Source: Verrucomicrobiia bacterium
GTDB lineage: Bacteria > Verrucomicrobiota > Verrucomicrobiia > Chthoniobacterales > Chthoniobacteraceae
Length of the DNA: 64,000 nucleotides
Direction of reading: 5' to 3'
Assembly: GCA_040374425.1 (NCBI GenBank)
Contig: JBEIUI010000001.1
Coordinates: 2,823 to 66,822, forward strand
Both the position numbers and the translations under genes were made by a program. The first letter of the stretch is position 1; each line of letters starts with the position of its first letter. This document shows positions 20,701 through 28,677 of the stretch, one piece after another. The notes under the pieces are model-generated. The model made no database searches and was not told the DNA's origin. It saw nothing but the letters and a program-made list of their open reading frames with translations.

Positions 20701-21728
20701 TCACCCGGCTTGTTGGTGCCGACGGGGATGGCGGGCGGCAGGTTCTCGTCTTTGAGCGCCAAGTCGCGTCCCTGCGCGGTCGCCCAGAGCCGGGCGTCGC
20801 GGTTGGCGGTCAGCGTATCGCGTTGCTGCATCTCCCGCTGCATGACCTCGTTGTTGGAGAGCTTGGCCGTCTCGGTGCCGTCGGGCAGTTTCCCCGTAAA
20901 AGCCAGCCGGGAACGGCCGCCATAGACGTTGTATCCGTCGATGGTCCGGTAGCGCTGATGCCATTGGTGGTTCTTTTCCAAAACGGCCGTGCGCAGCCGG
21001 GAAAGATCCCCGGCGGCGGGGGCCTTTCCAAAGAGACTCTCAAAGAGCAGCGGGGCGAGCGCTTTTTCCCCGGCGTCAGTGAGGTAATGCCCGTTCAAGG
21101 TGAGGGGTTCCTTGGCGGCCGCGTAGGCTCTCTGCGAGAGGCTCAACGCGTCCACAAATGCCACGCGGTTGGCTTGCGCCACCTCGGCCATCGCGCGGGT
21201 GTAGAGCTTCAGGTTGGCGTTGGTTGCCTCCGGATCGGCAATGTTCGGGTCGGAATGTTTTTCCTGCGCAATCGGCGAGAAAAGCACGACACGCGGCGCA
21301 CCTTTCCCGCTGTAGTTCTGCCGGGCGGTGTCCTTGAGGAACCCGTCGAGGGCCCCTTTGAATTGCTCCAGCCCCTCCGGGCCGGCGCTCGCTTCGCCAA
21401 AACCGTAAAAGGCGAAGATCACATCCGTGGCCGTCCATGTCAGCCATTCGTCCCGGGACCCAAAATCCTGGGAACGATGCCAGGTGGCCACCTCGTCCCC
21501 CGCGGCCGCCAGGTTCCGCACCACGAGTTGATGCTGAGGGAACTGGGCGTGAAGGAGCGTTTCCAGCCAACCGGAATGCTGGAGCCGGTCGGCCAGCGCA
21601 TTGCCGAGGATGGAGATGTGATCCTGTGGACGGAGCTCGACCGCAGGGGTTTGCGCAACAAGCGCGGACGCAGGCGCCAGCAGAGCGGCGGCCAGCAGCG
21701 CGCCGCGCGGGGGAATGAAACAATTCAT
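17745..21728 (-). CDS. PVC-type multidomain protein: signal peptide, degenerate SGNH-like domain, membrane-bound-dehydrogenase (beta-propeller) domain, HEAT repeats, C-terminal azurin-like cupredoxin
   Basis: Signal peptide MNCFIPPRGALLAAALLAPASALVAQ. Dehydrogenase-domain signature GRLWVACWPNYPG...DGKADK. A long helical repeat region follows. The C-terminus has MPHNLVF and YEYVCTFPGHWMIMWG, i.e. H...C-x4-H-x3-M type-1 copper ligands. There is no CxxCH motif. Confidence 0.85.
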   Translation of the reverse strand: MNCFIPPRGALLAAALLAPASALVAQTPAVELRPQDHISILGNALADRLQHSGWLETLLHAQFPQHQLVVRNLAAAGDEVATWHRSQDFGSRDEWLTWTATDVIFAFYGFGEASAGPEGLEQFKGALDGFLKDTARQNYSGKGAPRVVLFSPIAQEKHSDPNIADPEATNANLKLYTRAMAEVAQANRVAFVDALSLSQRAYAAAKEPLTLNGHYLTDAGEKALAPLLFESLFGKAPAAGDLSRLRTAVLEKNHQWHQRYRTIDGYNVYGGRSRLAFTGKLPDGTETAKLSNNEVMQREMQQRDTLTANRDARLWATAQGRDLALKDENLPPAIPVGTNKPGDRPDLKHTFLSGEEAIAKMKVHSAMKVSLFADETRFPELVNPVQMAWDTRGRLWVACWPNYPGRTPSSETGDTLLVLEDTDHDGKADKKTVFLADLNGPTGFQFYKDGVLVMQAPDLWFARDTDGDGKADTRERILMGLDSADSHHQTNAMALEPGGAVYLSDGVFHRSQVEAARGVVRNNDGAIFRFEPNTGKFETYASYGFANPHGRVFDRWGNDIITDATGNASYFGPAISGRLDEGKHPAIKQFWARPSRPCPGTGLLSSRHFPEAFQGNFLDCNVISILGIFRVGVTQDGSGLIGETLENLVTSEPSDNPNFRPSQVNVGPDGALYFADWSNAIIGHMQHHLRDPNRDDKHGRIYRVTYEGRPLVDKPRIHGQNVEALLELLKTPEDGTRELAKVELGKHAPEKVVAAAKAWVAKLDPKDPEYEHHRLEGLWVHQWQNRVDTGLLAAVLESPEPRARAAAVRVLCYWRDRVPNALALLKTAATDSDSRVRLQAVRAASFFSGADTLPAVEIVHAALGKELDYYLEYTAREALQQLEKVPAKMILPQNPAALSFVLNRLTNAELAQAPAHEAVWQAQIDRKGIDPGVRERALGLLSKARQSHRVGELLAALERNDENRGDLPTVATELAKALVLSKPAELAGARAPLVALVGKARIQPVLRGAYAALIVADGKPDALWAQTATDAKGRTALLDSLGLVPDPGLRAKFHPVLTESLAAAGLPGTVRSAALKALPLTGPEFAKASFALLTKEMKAGRNRSIAARALTQLPKDAWSREEAAPVVESIISWGKSVSEKSRTGQDYVETLQVGQELAALLPPESANGLRRQLRALGVPVFVIKTVHEQMRYDTPRIVVEPGKPLEVIFENLDAMPHNLVFVTPGSRESVATAAQTMSPTTLDKKGRAYVPASEKILEASKIIEPGQKQTLKFNAPEEPGEYEYVCTFPGHWMIMWGKMVVTPDVDKFLNEKTTAAAANPASQILKP

Positions 21729-21744
21729 GGGGGGCCGGCTGGGA

Positions 21745-22779
21745 TTACTTCTTGGACTCGGGGGTGATTGGAGGGAGGGACCGGCCTAGGGCGTGGTCGT
21801 CAGGGGTGACGCCTTTGCGGAATTTGTTAAATCCGTAGGGAAGCGGATGAAACGGATCCACGCAGGTCACGTCGGCGGCGGCAGGCACTTCGAGTTCCAG
21901 GCCCCAATAAACCGCGTTGACGACCAGACGGCGCAGGTCAGCGCTTTGGAGATCGGTCGCCGCTCCCATGGTGGTGCAGAAGACCCGGTTGGGTTTGCCC
22001 CCCTCGTTGGGTACGGTGCGGGTCCACGCCACGGGTATCATGGGCGTGTTGACGTCCTGTTCAGCGTTGTCCGTGGCGCGTTTCTTGACGTAGGCCGCCG
22101 GCGGATCGTTGGGATCCATCCCTTTCAGCACCTGGCCCCGCAGCAATATCCGCACGTCCTGGGGCGGATGCGCCTCATACACATCGGTAGGTCCGAACAC
22201 CTCTTTCACCCCGCGCAGGATGGGCTCATTTTCCGCGCCGGGCTCGATCAACCCCCGGGTGGCTTCGAAAGCGTGTTTTCCCCAGTGGGACACCCAGCCT
22301 TCCCCGAGCACGTCCTTGCCGAACTGGGAGTAACCCTTGAAGGCGCCCTCCGAGACCCGGAAGGCGTGGGTGGAAGTGCGTAGCGCCACAATGGGCACCC
22401 CGCGCTTCCGGGCGGCGTCAAACCGGCGGAAGGTCTCTTCAGGCCAGTTCCGGAACCGGTTGAGCATCACGATCCCGTCAGCGGTATCGAGGGCTTCGGG
22501 TTGGGAAAGCGACTTCTGGTTGTTCGGGTCGATCGTGCCATCTTCTCCCAGTGAAAAAAGCACGGTGCAACGGAACCCGTGCCGCTGGCTGAGAATCTTG
22601 GCCAGCATCGGCAACCCCTCTTCGGAGCGATATTCCTCGTCTCCGGAAAGAAAAACGAGGTGTTTGCCCTGACCCGCCCCGGGCTGGGCGGCGTAGGTGA
22701 TGCTGGGATTGGCGGCTTGGGTGAACGGCGCGGCAAGGGTAAGCAGCGCCCCGGTAAGCAGGAGGAGGGGAAGTTTCAT
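21745..22779 (-). CDS. ThuA-like (trehalose-utilisation domain) secreted protein
   Basis: Signal peptide MKLPLLLLTGALLTLAAPFTQA. The KHLVFLSGDEEYRSEEGLPMLAKIL segment is typical of ThuA-domain proteins. These commonly partner the PVC dehydrogenase genes. Confidence 0.8.
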   Translation of the reverse strand: MKLPLLLLTGALLTLAAPFTQAANPSITYAAQPGAGQGKHLVFLSGDEEYRSEEGLPMLAKILSQRHGFRCTVLFSLGEDGTIDPNNQKSLSQPEALDTADGIVMLNRFRNWPEETFRRFDAARKRGVPIVALRTSTHAFRVSEGAFKGYSQFGKDVLGEGWVSHWGKHAFEATRGLIEPGAENEPILRGVKEVFGPTDVYEAHPPQDVRILLRGQVLKGMDPNDPPAAYVKKRATDNAEQDVNTPMIPVAWTRTVPNEGGKPNRVFCTTMGAATDLQSADLRRLVVNAVYWGLELEVPAAADVTCVDPFHPLPYGFNKFRKGVTPDDHALGRSLPPITPESKK

Positions 22780-22901
22780 CGAGGAGGACCCATCGCGGGT
22801 GCCGGAACAACCCGCTTCACCCGACAAAACCGGACAGAATTTTTTCAAAAAAATGAAGCCGCCCTCGGCATGCCGGGCGCGCAAGATTCCCGGCCCCTCC
22901 C

Positions 22902-22930
22902 TCGACATCGACTGAATCCCGGGCTATAAT
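22902..22930 (+). promoter_or_regulatory. Near-consensus sigma70-type promoter (TCGACA-N17-TATAAT)
   Basis: -35 TCGACA at 22902-22907, a 17-bp spacer, and a perfect TATAAT at 22925-22930. It points toward the Csp3-like gene about 310 nt downstream. Confidence 0.4.
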
Positions 22931-22996
22931 CACTGCGTGAGCGTTACGCGCTTTCTCCCGGCCGAGCCCCCCGCGCTCAACCCGGAGCGAGCATTT

Positions 22997-23046
22997 GGGC
23001 CAAGTTCGGGCCAAGTTCGGGCCAAGTTCGGGCCAAGTTCGGGCCA
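22997..23046. repeat. 11-bp tandem repeat GGGCCAAGTTC, 4 full copies plus a 6-nt partial copy
   Basis: Read directly from the sequence as a perfect head-to-tail array. It is intergenic, and the period is not a multiple of 3. Confidence 0.95.
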
Positions 23047-23245
23047 GGGGTTGCCCTCCCGGAAAAAGCACACTGTCCGGCGCAGCCAACCATCCATCGG
23101 CGATCCCTCCATCGCCTTCCACCGCACAAAACAGCAAAAACGGGATCCGCCCGGCCAATCCCCGGGCCCCACAACCCATGCGCCCGCGTTCGCAAACCGC
23201 AGAGCGCACCCGAGCATCCGCAATCGGGAAAACGATACGAGAGTG

Positions 23246-23644
23246 ATGAAAGACCTCGAGCGCCTCTGGAAATCGCATCCGCTGGATCCCCAAAAAAACC
23301 GGGCTTCCCTGCTGGCCTGCATCGAAGCGTGTTCCGACTGCGCGGAACTCTGCGGCGCCTGCAACGACGCCTGCATCGCGGAGAAAGACCCGGCGTCGGT
23401 CCGGGGCTGCATCCGGGCCACGGCCGACTGCGCCGACATTTGCCTGGCCACGCTGCGCATTTTGCTGCGCCTGAGCGCGACCCACGCGGAACTGCTCAGA
23501 TCCCAGCTGCGAACCTGTCAAACGGCCTGTGAGATCTGCGCGGCAGAGTGTGATCGGCTCCATGCCACCCACCCGCATTGCCACGTCTGCGAGGAGGCCT
23601 GCAAACGCTGCTCTCAAGCGTGCTGGGAACTGGCCTCCTGCTGA
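23246..23644 (+). CDS. Cys-rich four-helix-bundle protein (DUF326 / Csp3-like cytosolic copper storage protein)
   Basis: 132 aa with 19 Cys, mostly in CxxxC/CxxC heptad-like spacing (ACIEACSDCAELCGACNDAC..., CQTACEICAAEC, CHVCEEACKRCSQAC). No signal peptide. Confidence 0.75.
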   Translation: MKDLERLWKSHPLDPQKNRASLLACIEACSDCAELCGACNDACIAEKDPASVRGCIRATADCADICLATLRILLRLSATHAELLRSQLRTCQTACEICAAECDRLHATHPHCHVCEEACKRCSQACWELASC

Positions 23645-23667
23645 GAGACCAGGCCCCCCGCATCTTC

Positions 23668-24960
23668 TTACAGCCAGGTCCCGTCGGGAATCACCGCCCC
23701 CTTGGGCACCACAATGATGCCGTCCCGGACATAGAACAGCGGGCCGTCGAAGTTCTCAGGCTTTCCTTCGGGGGTGATCACCACGCCGTTCCCGATCCGG
23801 GCGTTCTTGTCGATAATCGCGCGGTCAATCACGCAGTTGTGGCCGATTCCCAGATCCGGCCCGGGCAACCGCAGGGCATTGTCCACGTCGTAAAAATCCG
23901 CCCCCATGACGATGCTGTTGCGGATGGTGGACCCGCTCTTGATGTAAGAACGGATCCCGATCACGGACCGCTCGATGTGCGCGTCATCGATGATGCAGCC
24001 GTCGGAAATAATCGCCTGCCGCACCGTGGCACCGTTGACCTTGCTTCCCGGCAAAAACCGGGCGTGGGTGTAAATGGGAGCGCCCGTGTCGAAAAAGCTG
24101 AACTCCGGCACCGGGGTGGTGAGGTTGAGGTTCGCCTCAAAAAACGAGCGGATCGTGCCGATATCCTCCCAGTAGCCCTGGAAGATGGACGCCATCACCC
24201 GGGAGTTGTGGATCAGGTCGGGGATGATGTGTTTGCCGAAATCCACATGGGTGTTGTCGAGAGCCCGGATGAGCGTGGCCCGGTTGAAGATGTAGATGCC
24301 CATCGACGCCTGATAGAGCTCCGCGTCGGCCGGTCGCCCCAGCGCGGGGAGCAGTTCCGCGGGAATCCGCAGCTCCTCCAGCAAGGCCGGGTCCTTCGGC
24401 TTCTCCACGAACCGCACAATCCGCCGGGACGCGTCCGTGTGCATGATCCCGAACTCCGTGGCCGCCTCACGCTCCACGGGCAGGGTGGCGATGGTCAGTT
24501 CCGCCTGAGAATCGATGTGCTGTTTGAGCACCTCGCGGAAGTCCATCCGGTAGAGCTGATCCCCGCTGAGGATCACGTAGTACTCGTAGGGATACTGGAG
24601 GAACTCCCGCAGGTTTTGGCGGACGGCATCGGCCGTGCCCTGATACCAGCTCGTGTCGGTCGGGGTTTGCTGGGCGGCAAGGATCTCGACGAAGCTGCGG
24701 GAAAAATTGTCGAATTTGTAACTCGAAGAAATGTGCCGGTGCAGCGAGGCGCTGTTGAACTGGGTGAGCACATAAATCCGCTTGAGCCCCGAATTGATGC
24801 AGTTGCTGATGGGAATATCCACCAGTCGGTATTTGCCCGCCAACGGCACGGCGGGCTTGGAGCGCTCTTTGGTCAGGGGAAAAAGTCGGGTCCCGGCGCC
24901 GCCACCCATAATGATGGCGAGGGTTTTTTCGTGGATGGAGGTCCAGTTGGAGTTGCTCAT
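23668..24960 (-). CDS. glgC: Glucose-1-phosphate adenylyltransferase
   Basis: IIMGGGAGTRLFPLTKERSKPAVPLAGKYRLVDIPISNCINSG plus a C-terminal left-handed beta-helix region. Confidence 0.95.
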   Translation of the reverse strand: MSNSNWTSIHEKTLAIIMGGGAGTRLFPLTKERSKPAVPLAGKYRLVDIPISNCINSGLKRIYVLTQFNSASLHRHISSSYKFDNFSRSFVEILAAQQTPTDTSWYQGTADAVRQNLREFLQYPYEYYVILSGDQLYRMDFREVLKQHIDSQAELTIATLPVEREAATEFGIMHTDASRRIVRFVEKPKDPALLEELRIPAELLPALGRPADAELYQASMGIYIFNRATLIRALDNTHVDFGKHIIPDLIHNSRVMASIFQGYWEDIGTIRSFFEANLNLTTPVPEFSFFDTGAPIYTHARFLPGSKVNGATVRQAIISDGCIIDDAHIERSVIGIRSYIKSGSTIRNSIVMGADFYDVDNALRLPGPDLGIGHNCVIDRAIIDKNARIGNGVVITPEGKPENFDGPLFYVRDGIIVVPKGAVIPDGTWL

Positions 24961-25154
24961 AAAGACGGGTGGCGCAGCCTACAGTCCGTCTTGCGCGGAT
25001 TCCTAGGAGGAATTCGGCTCAGAGACAGAGGCGCCGGCCCGGGAGGGCGTTGATCAGGCATTTTCCCGACCCGTCTGCTGGGTGGCTGGAACGCGAAAGT
25101 CCGTTTGCCGCGCACCCCGCCCACTGCTAAAGCTGCCCACTCGCGTTCTCTATT

Positions 25155-27005
25155 ATGTGCGGAATTATTGGCTACATCGGCAAAAACACGGCGGTCCCGA
25201 TCCTCTTGGACGGTCTACGGAGGTTGGAATACCGGGGCTACGACAGCGCGGGTGTGGCGGTTCTCAACGAGGGCCAAATCTCGGTGCGCAAACGCACGGG
25301 CCGCATCGCCAACCTGGCCGAGCTGCTTAAGCAATCCCCGGCGGACGGCCAGGTCGGCATTTCCCACACCCGCTGGGCCACCCACGGCGGCGTCACCGAC
25401 GCCAACGCCCACCCGCATTTTGACCAGAGCGGCAAACTCGCCCTCGTCCACAACGGGGTCATCGAGAATTACGCCGCGCTCCGCGAACAACTCGTCGAGG
25501 AAGGCCACGTGTTCCATTCCCAGACGGACACCGAGGTGCTCGCCCATCTCATCGGCAAGCATTACCAGACCCTCCCGGGCGAACCCTCCAAGGCACGCCT
25601 CATCGAAGCTCTTCGGGCCGCCCTCAAACAGGTCATCGGCACTTACGGCATCGTCCTGATGCACCGGGACATTCCCGACGCGATCGTCGGCGCCCGGCGC
25701 GGCAGCCCTCTGGTGCTGGGGCTCGGGAAAGGCGAGAACTTCTTCGCCAGCGACGTGAGCGCCGTAGTCGCTTACACGCGGGAAGCCGTTTATTTGAAAG
25801 ACTACGACATCGCCGCCCTGAGCCGGGATGAGTTTGAGATTACCAGCCTGCTGGGAGGCAACTCCGGGTTCGAGGTCAGCAAAGTGGAGTTCACCGAGGA
25901 AGACGTCAGCAAAGGCGCCTACCCGCACTACATGCTCAAGGAGATCTTCGAGCAGCCCGGCTCCATCCGCGACGCCATGCGCGGCCGGCTCAGCCGCGAG
26001 GACGCCACGGCCGTGCTCGGCGGCCTGGAAATGACCAACGCGCAGCTGCGCAACGTGGACCGGATTATTCTGACGGGCTGCGGCACCGCCAGCCACGCCG
26101 CCATGTGCGGGGAATACATCATCGAAGCCCTGGCCCATCTGCCCTGCGAAGTGGAGTTCGCCAGTGAGTTCCGCTATCGCAACATGCCGCTGACCCGTGA
26201 CACCCTGGTGTTCTGCATCAGCCAGAGCGGGGAAACTGCAGACACCCTGGCCGCCCTGCGCGAAAGCCAGCGCAAAGGCCTGCGCACCCTGGGCATCTGC
26301 AACAATGTCGCCAGCACGATCGCCCGGGAAAGCGACGGCGGCGTATACATGCACGCCGGCCCGGAGATCGGCGTGGCCGCCACAAAATCATTCACCTCCC
26401 AGGTGACCATCCTCACCCTCATCGGGCTTTTGCTTGGCCGGATCCGCCATCTGAGCACCACCGCCGGGCTGAGGATGATCGACGAGATGGAACAAATCCC
26501 GGACAAAGTTGCGGAGATCCTCACCCTGAGCGACCAGATCCGGTCAGTTGCCCGGAAGTACGCGCACACCTCGGCGATGATGTTCCTGGGCCGACAGTTC
26601 AATTACCCGGTGGCTCTTGAGGGAGCGCTGAAGATGAAGGAGATTAGTTACATCCACGCCAACGGCCATCCCAGCGCCGAGCTCAAACACGGGGTCATCG
26701 CGCTGATCACCCCGGAGCTCCCCAGCGTTTTCATCGCGCCCGACGACAGTGTGCTTGAGAAAAACATCTCCAACATCGAGGAGGTCAAGGCCCGCAAAGG
26801 CCCCATCATCGCCATCGCCACGGCCGGCTCCTCCAAACTCGAGAAAGTCGCCGACGACGTGATCTATATCCCGCGCTGCCCGGATTATCTCTCCCCCATT
26901 CTCACGTCCATCCCGCTGCAGCTCCTGGCGTATCACACCGCCGTCGAGCTCGGCTGCGATGTGGACAAACCGCGGAACCTGGCCAAGAGCGTCACCGTCG
27001 AGTAA
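25155..27005 (+). CDS. glmS: Glutamine--fructose-6-phosphate aminotransferase (isomerising)
   Basis: N-terminal MCGIIGY nucleophile, two SIS domains, C-terminal KSVTVE. Confidence 0.97.
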   Translation: MCGIIGYIGKNTAVPILLDGLRRLEYRGYDSAGVAVLNEGQISVRKRTGRIANLAELLKQSPADGQVGISHTRWATHGGVTDANAHPHFDQSGKLALVHNGVIENYAALREQLVEEGHVFHSQTDTEVLAHLIGKHYQTLPGEPSKARLIEALRAALKQVIGTYGIVLMHRDIPDAIVGARRGSPLVLGLGKGENFFASDVSAVVAYTREAVYLKDYDIAALSRDEFEITSLLGGNSGFEVSKVEFTEEDVSKGAYPHYMLKEIFEQPGSIRDAMRGRLSREDATAVLGGLEMTNAQLRNVDRIILTGCGTASHAAMCGEYIIEALAHLPCEVEFASEFRYRNMPLTRDTLVFCISQSGETADTLAALRESQRKGLRTLGICNNVASTIARESDGGVYMHAGPEIGVAATKSFTSQVTILTLIGLLLGRIRHLSTTAGLRMIDEMEQIPDKVAEILTLSDQIRSVARKYAHTSAMMFLGRQFNYPVALEGALKMKEISYIHANGHPSAELKHGVIALITPELPSVFIAPDDSVLEKNISNIEEVKARKGPIIAIATAGSSKLEKVADDVIYIPRCPDYLSPILTSIPLQLLAYHTAVELGCDVDKPRNLAKSVTVE

Positions 27006-27021
27006 CCCGGGCGGCGTCCGT

Positions 27022-27804
27022 TCAAACCGGGCCTTGGCTGCCGTTCCCGTACCGCAACCGGTAGGCCCTGGGTGTCATCCCCATCTGCGCCCGGAACGCC
27101 CGTGTAAACGCGCTTTGGTCACAAAAACCGGTCTCCTGCGCAATCGCAGCCAGGGACTCGTCGCTCTTGAGCAGCGCGTCCGCCGCCGCATGGGTGCGCA
27201 GCTTGATGACAAACTCCGCAATCCCCATCCCGAACTCCTCCAGAAACCGCCTCCGCAACTGGCGTTCGGAGAGCCCCGCAACCCTCGTCAAATCGCCCAT
27301 GGGCGTCACCTCGCTAAAATGCGCCCTCAAATACCCCGACACCCTCCCGATCGGGGTGTCCTTGAGCAAACCCCGCCGGGTTTTTTCTGCCGCCCGTAAA
27401 ACCCCCATGATCCCGATGGCGCGCCCACCCTTCCCCAGCACCGGGTATTTGTTCACCACAAACCAATCAAACACCCCCTGCTCGGTCATCCACACCTCCA
27501 GCAGCCCCACCAGCGGCAGACCGCTCTCAAGCACCTGCCCGTCGCTGCGCCGGTATTGATCGGCAATGTGCGGTGGAAAAAGGTCGCTGTCGGTTTTACC
27601 CACCATGTCCGCGCCCGAGGAAAAACCGAGCCGTTTCCAGATCCCGGAACTCACGTAGAGCCGCCGTCCGAGGGTGTCTTTTACGAAACACTCGATCTCC
27701 GGCAGATCCTCAAAAAGCCGGGCGAACACAAACGGATCTTCAAGGCCGTCGAGAAACTCCTGCACGAGGGGGGGACGCATTGGGCCTGAAACGGGCATAG
27801 CCAA
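27022..27804 (-). CDS. AraC-family transcriptional regulator with an N-terminal PAS-like sensor domain
   Basis: C-terminal dual HTH (GFCDQSAFTRAFRAQMGMTPRAYR). The N-terminal half has PAS-like features (FVKDTLGRRLYVSS...NKYPVLGKGGRAIGIMGV). Confidence 0.85.
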   Translation of the reverse strand: MAMPVSGPMRPPLVQEFLDGLEDPFVFARLFEDLPEIECFVKDTLGRRLYVSSGIWKRLGFSSGADMVGKTDSDLFPPHIADQYRRSDGQVLESGLPLVGLLEVWMTEQGVFDWFVVNKYPVLGKGGRAIGIMGVLRAAEKTRRGLLKDTPIGRVSGYLRAHFSEVTPMGDLTRVAGLSERQLRRRFLEEFGMGIAEFVIKLRTHAAADALLKSDESLAAIAQETGFCDQSAFTRAFRAQMGMTPRAYRLRYGNGSQGPV

Positions 27805-27894
27805 CCTGAGATAAAGCCGAAAGGCGGGGTGTGCAGGGATAAACTCGCGGCGGGCCGCGCCTGCGGGGGCATTGTCCGGGACCGGAGATTTGCT

Positions 27895-28596
27895 TCAGCC
27901 CATGTAAAGGATCTCAAACGCTACCCCGCGGATGGCGGGGTAAACAAAACCGAAAAGTTTGAAGGCGACAAAGAGCCCGAGCAGATGAAGGGAGCCGCCG
28001 GACATAAATTCGCGGTATTTGGCGGCGGCTGCCTGGGGCAGAAAGAGCAGAGGCAAGTTGCTCCCGTCCAGGGGCGGCACAGGCAGCAGGTTAAAGGTAA
28101 GCAGCAGCAGGTTGAGCGAGAACACCACGCTGAGCACTAGGGCGATGAACTCCCAGAACGGACCGCCCCCGCCTTCCACAAGATGCATGGAACCGCCCCA
28201 GGGCAGACCGGGTGCGAGTGTCCCCACAGCCATGCCCAAACGGATCAGCAGCCCGGCCCCCAGCACAAGGGCCAGGTTGGCGGCCGGGCCGGCCATCGCC
28301 ATCCATGCCGCACGTTTGGGATAACGCTCGGCCCATGCGGCGTTGTAGGGCGCGCTGGCCCAGCCCAGCATCCAGCCTCCCATCAGATAGGAAAGGATCG
28401 GCACCACCACCATGCCGAAGGGTTCCCGGCGGACATGCGGCACGGGATCCAGGCTCACCTGCCCGCCGTCGTATGCGGTGCGGTCGCCCAGCCGGTAGGC
28501 GCACCACGCGTGGGCAGCCTCATGGCAGATGGTGGAGTAGAGAAAAACAACGTACCAGATGACGCCGTCGGAAAGGTCGGGGATGGCCATGTCCAC
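27895..28596 (-). CDS. Site-2 protease family (M50) membrane metalloprotease
   Basis: HEAAHAW (HExxH) in the first TM region; polytopic membrane protein. Confidence 0.8.
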   Translation of the reverse strand: MDMAIPDLSDGVIWYVVFLYSTICHEAAHAWCAYRLGDRTAYDGGQVSLDPVPHVRREPFGMVVVPILSYLMGGWMLGWASAPYNAAWAERYPKRAAWMAMAGPAANLALVLGAGLLIRLGMAVGTLAPGLPWGGSMHLVEGGGGPFWEFIALVLSVVFSLNLLLLTFNLLPVPPLDGSNLPLLFLPQAAAAKYREFMSGGSLHLLGLFVAFKLFGFVYPAIRGVAFEILYMG

Positions 28597-28677
28597 CCTG
28601 ATGTAACCTAGGTCAGCGGTCCCTGCCAGCGTCTAGCCGGGCAACCGGCCTTGAAAAATCCGCGGCACCCCGCCGCA

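Noticed and set aside
22937-23245. The N-terminal 103 codons of the 235-aa ORF 22937..23644, which would translate through the 11-bp tandem repeat.
   Set aside because: It needs a GTG start, the composition is R/P/S-rich, and the 11-bp repeat period is incompatible with a coding repeat. The DUF326-like domain begins cleanly at ATG 23246.
24961-25154. A possible glmS ribozyme or other riboswitch upstream of glmS.
   Set aside because: The 194-bp region is shared with the divergent glgC promoter. I could not find the conserved glmS ribozyme core by eye. An Rfam/Infernal scan would be decisive.
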